Below are positions 61,495 to 64,000 of a DNA stretch of 64,000 nt, in pieces (the first letter of the stretch is position 1; each line of letters starts with the position of its first letter). A program made the translations under genes and the position numbers. Under the pieces are notes generated by a model. It saw only the letters and a list, made by a program, of their open reading frames with translations, was not told the DNA's origin and did no database searches. This stretch comes from Terriglobia bacterium (GTDB taxonomy: Bacteria; Acidobacteriota; Terriglobia; 2-12-FULL-54-10). Where the stretch lies: NCBI GenBank assembly GCA_963666975.2, contig CAXVYR010000004.1, positions 992,001 through 1,056,000 on the forward strand, in the 5' to 3' direction.

Positions 61495-62382
61495 ATGGCT
61501 GCAACACAAGACATCTCAGCGGAATTTCCTTTCCAGCCGCGCTATGCCGAGGTCCACGGTTCCCAGATGCACTACCTGGAGGAAGGGTCGGGAGACCCGA
61601 TTCTGTTCCTTCATGGCAATCCCACTTCTTCCTACCTGTGGCGCAATATCATCCCGCACATGACCTCCCAGGGACGGTGCATCGCTCCGGATTTAATCGG
61701 GATGGGAAAATCGGGCAAGCCTGGCATCGACTACCGTTTTGCAGATCATGCAAAGTACATCGACGGTTTCATCGAAAGGCTGGGGTTGAAGAACATTACT
61801 TTGGTGGTGCACGACTGGGGTTCGGCGCTCGGCTTCCATTACGCCGCGCGGCACGAGAGCAACGTCAAAGCGATTGCCTTCCTGGAGGCGATTGTTCTCC
61901 CTGTGCCCAGTTGGGATATGTTCCCTCCTGATTTTAGAAAACTCTTCCAGGCCTTCCGGACGGCAGGGATCGGTTGGGACATGATTGTGAACAAGAACGT
62001 GTTCGTGGAGCGCACCCTGCCCGGAGGAGTGCTTCGGAAACTCAGCGAAGAGGAGATGAACCACTACCGGGAGCCATTCCTGGAGCCAGCCAGCCGCAAG
62101 CCGGTCTGGCGCTGGCCTAACGAAATCCCGATTGAAGGCGAGCCAGCCGCCGTGGTCCGCATCGTTGAGACCTATAATGCTCATCTGCAACAATCAGACA
62201 TGCCCAAGCTTCTGTTTTACGCCACTCCCGGAGCAATTACTCCAGCGCCGATGGTGGAATGGTGCAAGCAGAACCTGAAAAACCTGAAAACAGTGGATCT
62301 CGGGCCGGGTATTCACTTCCTGCAAGAAGACAATCCGCACTGGATCGGTTCCGAACTGCGCGAGTGGTATAGCTCCCTGTAA
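61495..62382 (+). CDS. Haloalkane dehalogenase (DhaA-like)
   Basis: FLHGNPTSSYLWRNI, APDLIGMGKS, VHDWGSALG, WPNEIP, GIHFLQED. Confidence 0.93.
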   Translation: MAATQDISAEFPFQPRYAEVHGSQMHYLEEGSGDPILFLHGNPTSSYLWRNIIPHMTSQGRCIAPDLIGMGKSGKPGIDYRFADHAKYIDGFIERLGLKNITLVVHDWGSALGFHYAARHESNVKAIAFLEAIVLPVPSWDMFPPDFRKLFQAFRTAGIGWDMIVNKNVFVERTLPGGVLRKLSEEEMNHYREPFLEPASRKPVWRWPNEIPIEGEPAAVVRIVETYNAHLQQSDMPKLLFYATPGAITPAPMVEWCKQNLKNLKTVDLGPGIHFLQEDNPHWIGSELREWYSSL

Positions 62383-62418
62383 TCAGCAGAACTCCGTGCG
62401 AGAAGCATGGGAAGCGAC

Positions 62419-62652
62419 TAGACCTGTTTTAGAGTTCATGTATCCCATATTGCGTTCTTGTCAGGGCACGGTTTTAACCGTGCCGCCACCCGGATCACGA
62501 CAGCGGCTTCAGCCGCTGAGGTCGGGGTTAAGTCGCTGGAACAAGCAGAGTTCAAAACTCACCTCAGGCGCTAAAGCGCACTTGGCTGGAGAGCGTTTCG
62601 GCACGGCTGAAGCCGTGCCCTGACGGGATACACAATTCATAAAACCGGTCTA
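62419..62652. mobile_element. TA-flanked MITE with 28-bp imperfect terminal inverted repeats
   Basis: Left tagacctgttttagagttcatgtatccc vs reverse complement of right tagaccggttttatgaattgtgtatccc; internal inverted REP pair. Confidence 0.75.
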
Positions 62653-63075
62653 ACCATCTATAACGGCGTCGGCGCTGTCAAGATACACCCATCGCTTTGT
62701 GAGCCGGGAGCAGGGTCCAGGGCGGCCCGCGAATACACCACCCCCGCGCTGGTTGCGGCCATCGTGGAAAGTCTCGGTAAAAGCGCCCGGTAAATCTGCG
62801 AAGGCATCCCAAAAGAGGCCATGGCGAACCGGGCTTGAACCGACCAGACGGCCAGCGTATGCGCTTGAGCGAATGGGAAGACCAAAGATTTGGCTCTTCT
62901 GCCGCCTATTGGAGAATCATGCGAAGTCGGCGAAGAAGTGGTTGACATGTGTTGGAGCGCTGACGCAGGAATCTCTGCGCCGTAAGTACGCGCGGTCGGG
63001 GAGGCATTGGAGAACTGCTTCTGTGATCTGTGATTGCTATCACAGGCCAATAGCGGGAGTAAAAGACGGTATCTC

Positions 63076-63861
63076 CTATTTCCCGGAGAACTTGGGAGGC
63101 CGCTTCTCGCGGAAGGCCCGGAAGCCTTCCTGAACATCCTCGGTTTGCAGCAGGATGCTCTGCCCCAGGCGTTCCAGCGCCCGGCCGGTGGCCGCATCGA
63201 CGCTGAGAGCCGTGTTGATCATCTGCTTGGCCATGCCCACCGCCAGCGGCGCACGCCTGCCGATCTTTTCTCCGTACTCTCTTATCTTGGCCGGCATCTG
63301 ACCGGCGGGGACCACGGCATGGATCAGCCCGATCTGTTTCGCCTCGGCGGCGGAGATCAGCTCTCCGGTCAGGATCATCTCTTTGGCCACTCCCACCCCC
63401 ACCAGCCGGGCCAGTCGGGAGCATCCGCCCGAGCCCGGTATGATGCCCGCATTGACCTCCGGAAAGCCGAAGCGCGCCTCCTCCACCGCGACGCGCAGGT
63501 CGCAGGAGATGGCAAACTCCAGCCCGCCGCCCACGCATACGCCGTTGATGGCGGCGAGAACCGGCTTCTCCAGCTCTTCCAAAGCGTCAAACACATCGTG
63601 AGCGTACCGGGCCTGGATGCGAAATCGATGCGTCTGCGTGTCCGGGGTAAACCAGTTCAGGTCCGCGCCGACGGAGAACGCCCTTCCCTCGCCGGTGAAA
63701 ACAACCAGCCGGACATCGTCTTGCTTGCCGATGGCGTCCAGAGCCGTCTTCACCTCTTCGAGCATCTGGCCGTCCCAGGCGTTCAGTTTTTTCGGCACGC
63801 GGAACGTGACGGTGGCGATTTGGCCGGCGGTCTCCAAGGTGATCTTTTGAAAATCCATCAT
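63076..63861 (-). CDS. Enoyl-CoA hydratase/isomerase family protein
   Basis: AFSVGADL, AINGVCVGGGLE, FGFPEV, EGFRAFREKRPPKF. Confidence 0.93.
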   Translation of the reverse strand: MMDFQKITLETAGQIATVTFRVPKKLNAWDGQMLEEVKTALDAIGKQDDVRLVVFTGEGRAFSVGADLNWFTPDTQTHRFRIQARYAHDVFDALEELEKPVLAAINGVCVGGGLEFAISCDLRVAVEEARFGFPEVNAGIIPGSGGCSRLARLVGVGVAKEMILTGELISAAEAKQIGLIHAVVPAGQMPAKIREYGEKIGRRAPLAVGMAKQMINTALSVDAATGRALERLGQSILLQTEDVQEGFRAFREKRPPKFSGK

Positions 63862-64000
63862 CTGATGCGGCCCCCTATCGGGTTTGAGAAGATTCTCATA
63901 CTATTCGGCTGCGGCGAGGCTGTCAAACTTATGGATGCCATAACTATGGATGCTTATGCGTGTGTTCCCTCCGCCGACAGCGATTCCCCATAATCCCGGC

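Overview
GC-rich bacterial chromosomal window, most likely Acidobacteriota (two tandem acidobacterial-type VWA proteins and a TIGR03437-like C-terminal domain; inferred from remembered family motifs, no search run). It is mostly housekeeping: ilvD (partial), gnd-zwf-pgl, selB, tatA, maf, dciA-gatC-gatA, der, htrA, folD, mrp, glcDEF, guaA, orphan nuoI, a coxS/L/M-like molybdo-hydroxylase and pyrG-kdsA-kdsD-kdsC. An accessory, partly decaying region at about 9.9-22.4 kb holds a TonB-dependent receptor between 91-bp direct repeats, a Ser/Thr kinase-class III cyclase-TM-DUF4384-like receptor with a secreted DUF4384-like partner, two broken genes and a truncated IS630. A DhaA-like haloalkane dehalogenase lies between miniature elements near the end. 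Non-coding signals are an apparently high density of 10-24 bp tandem duplications (several copying start or stop codons), nested small repeats with filled and empty alleles, GTAG-type REPs and a TA-flanked MITE. No rRNA, tRNA or CRISPR array was recognised. All calls come from reading the sequence by eye.
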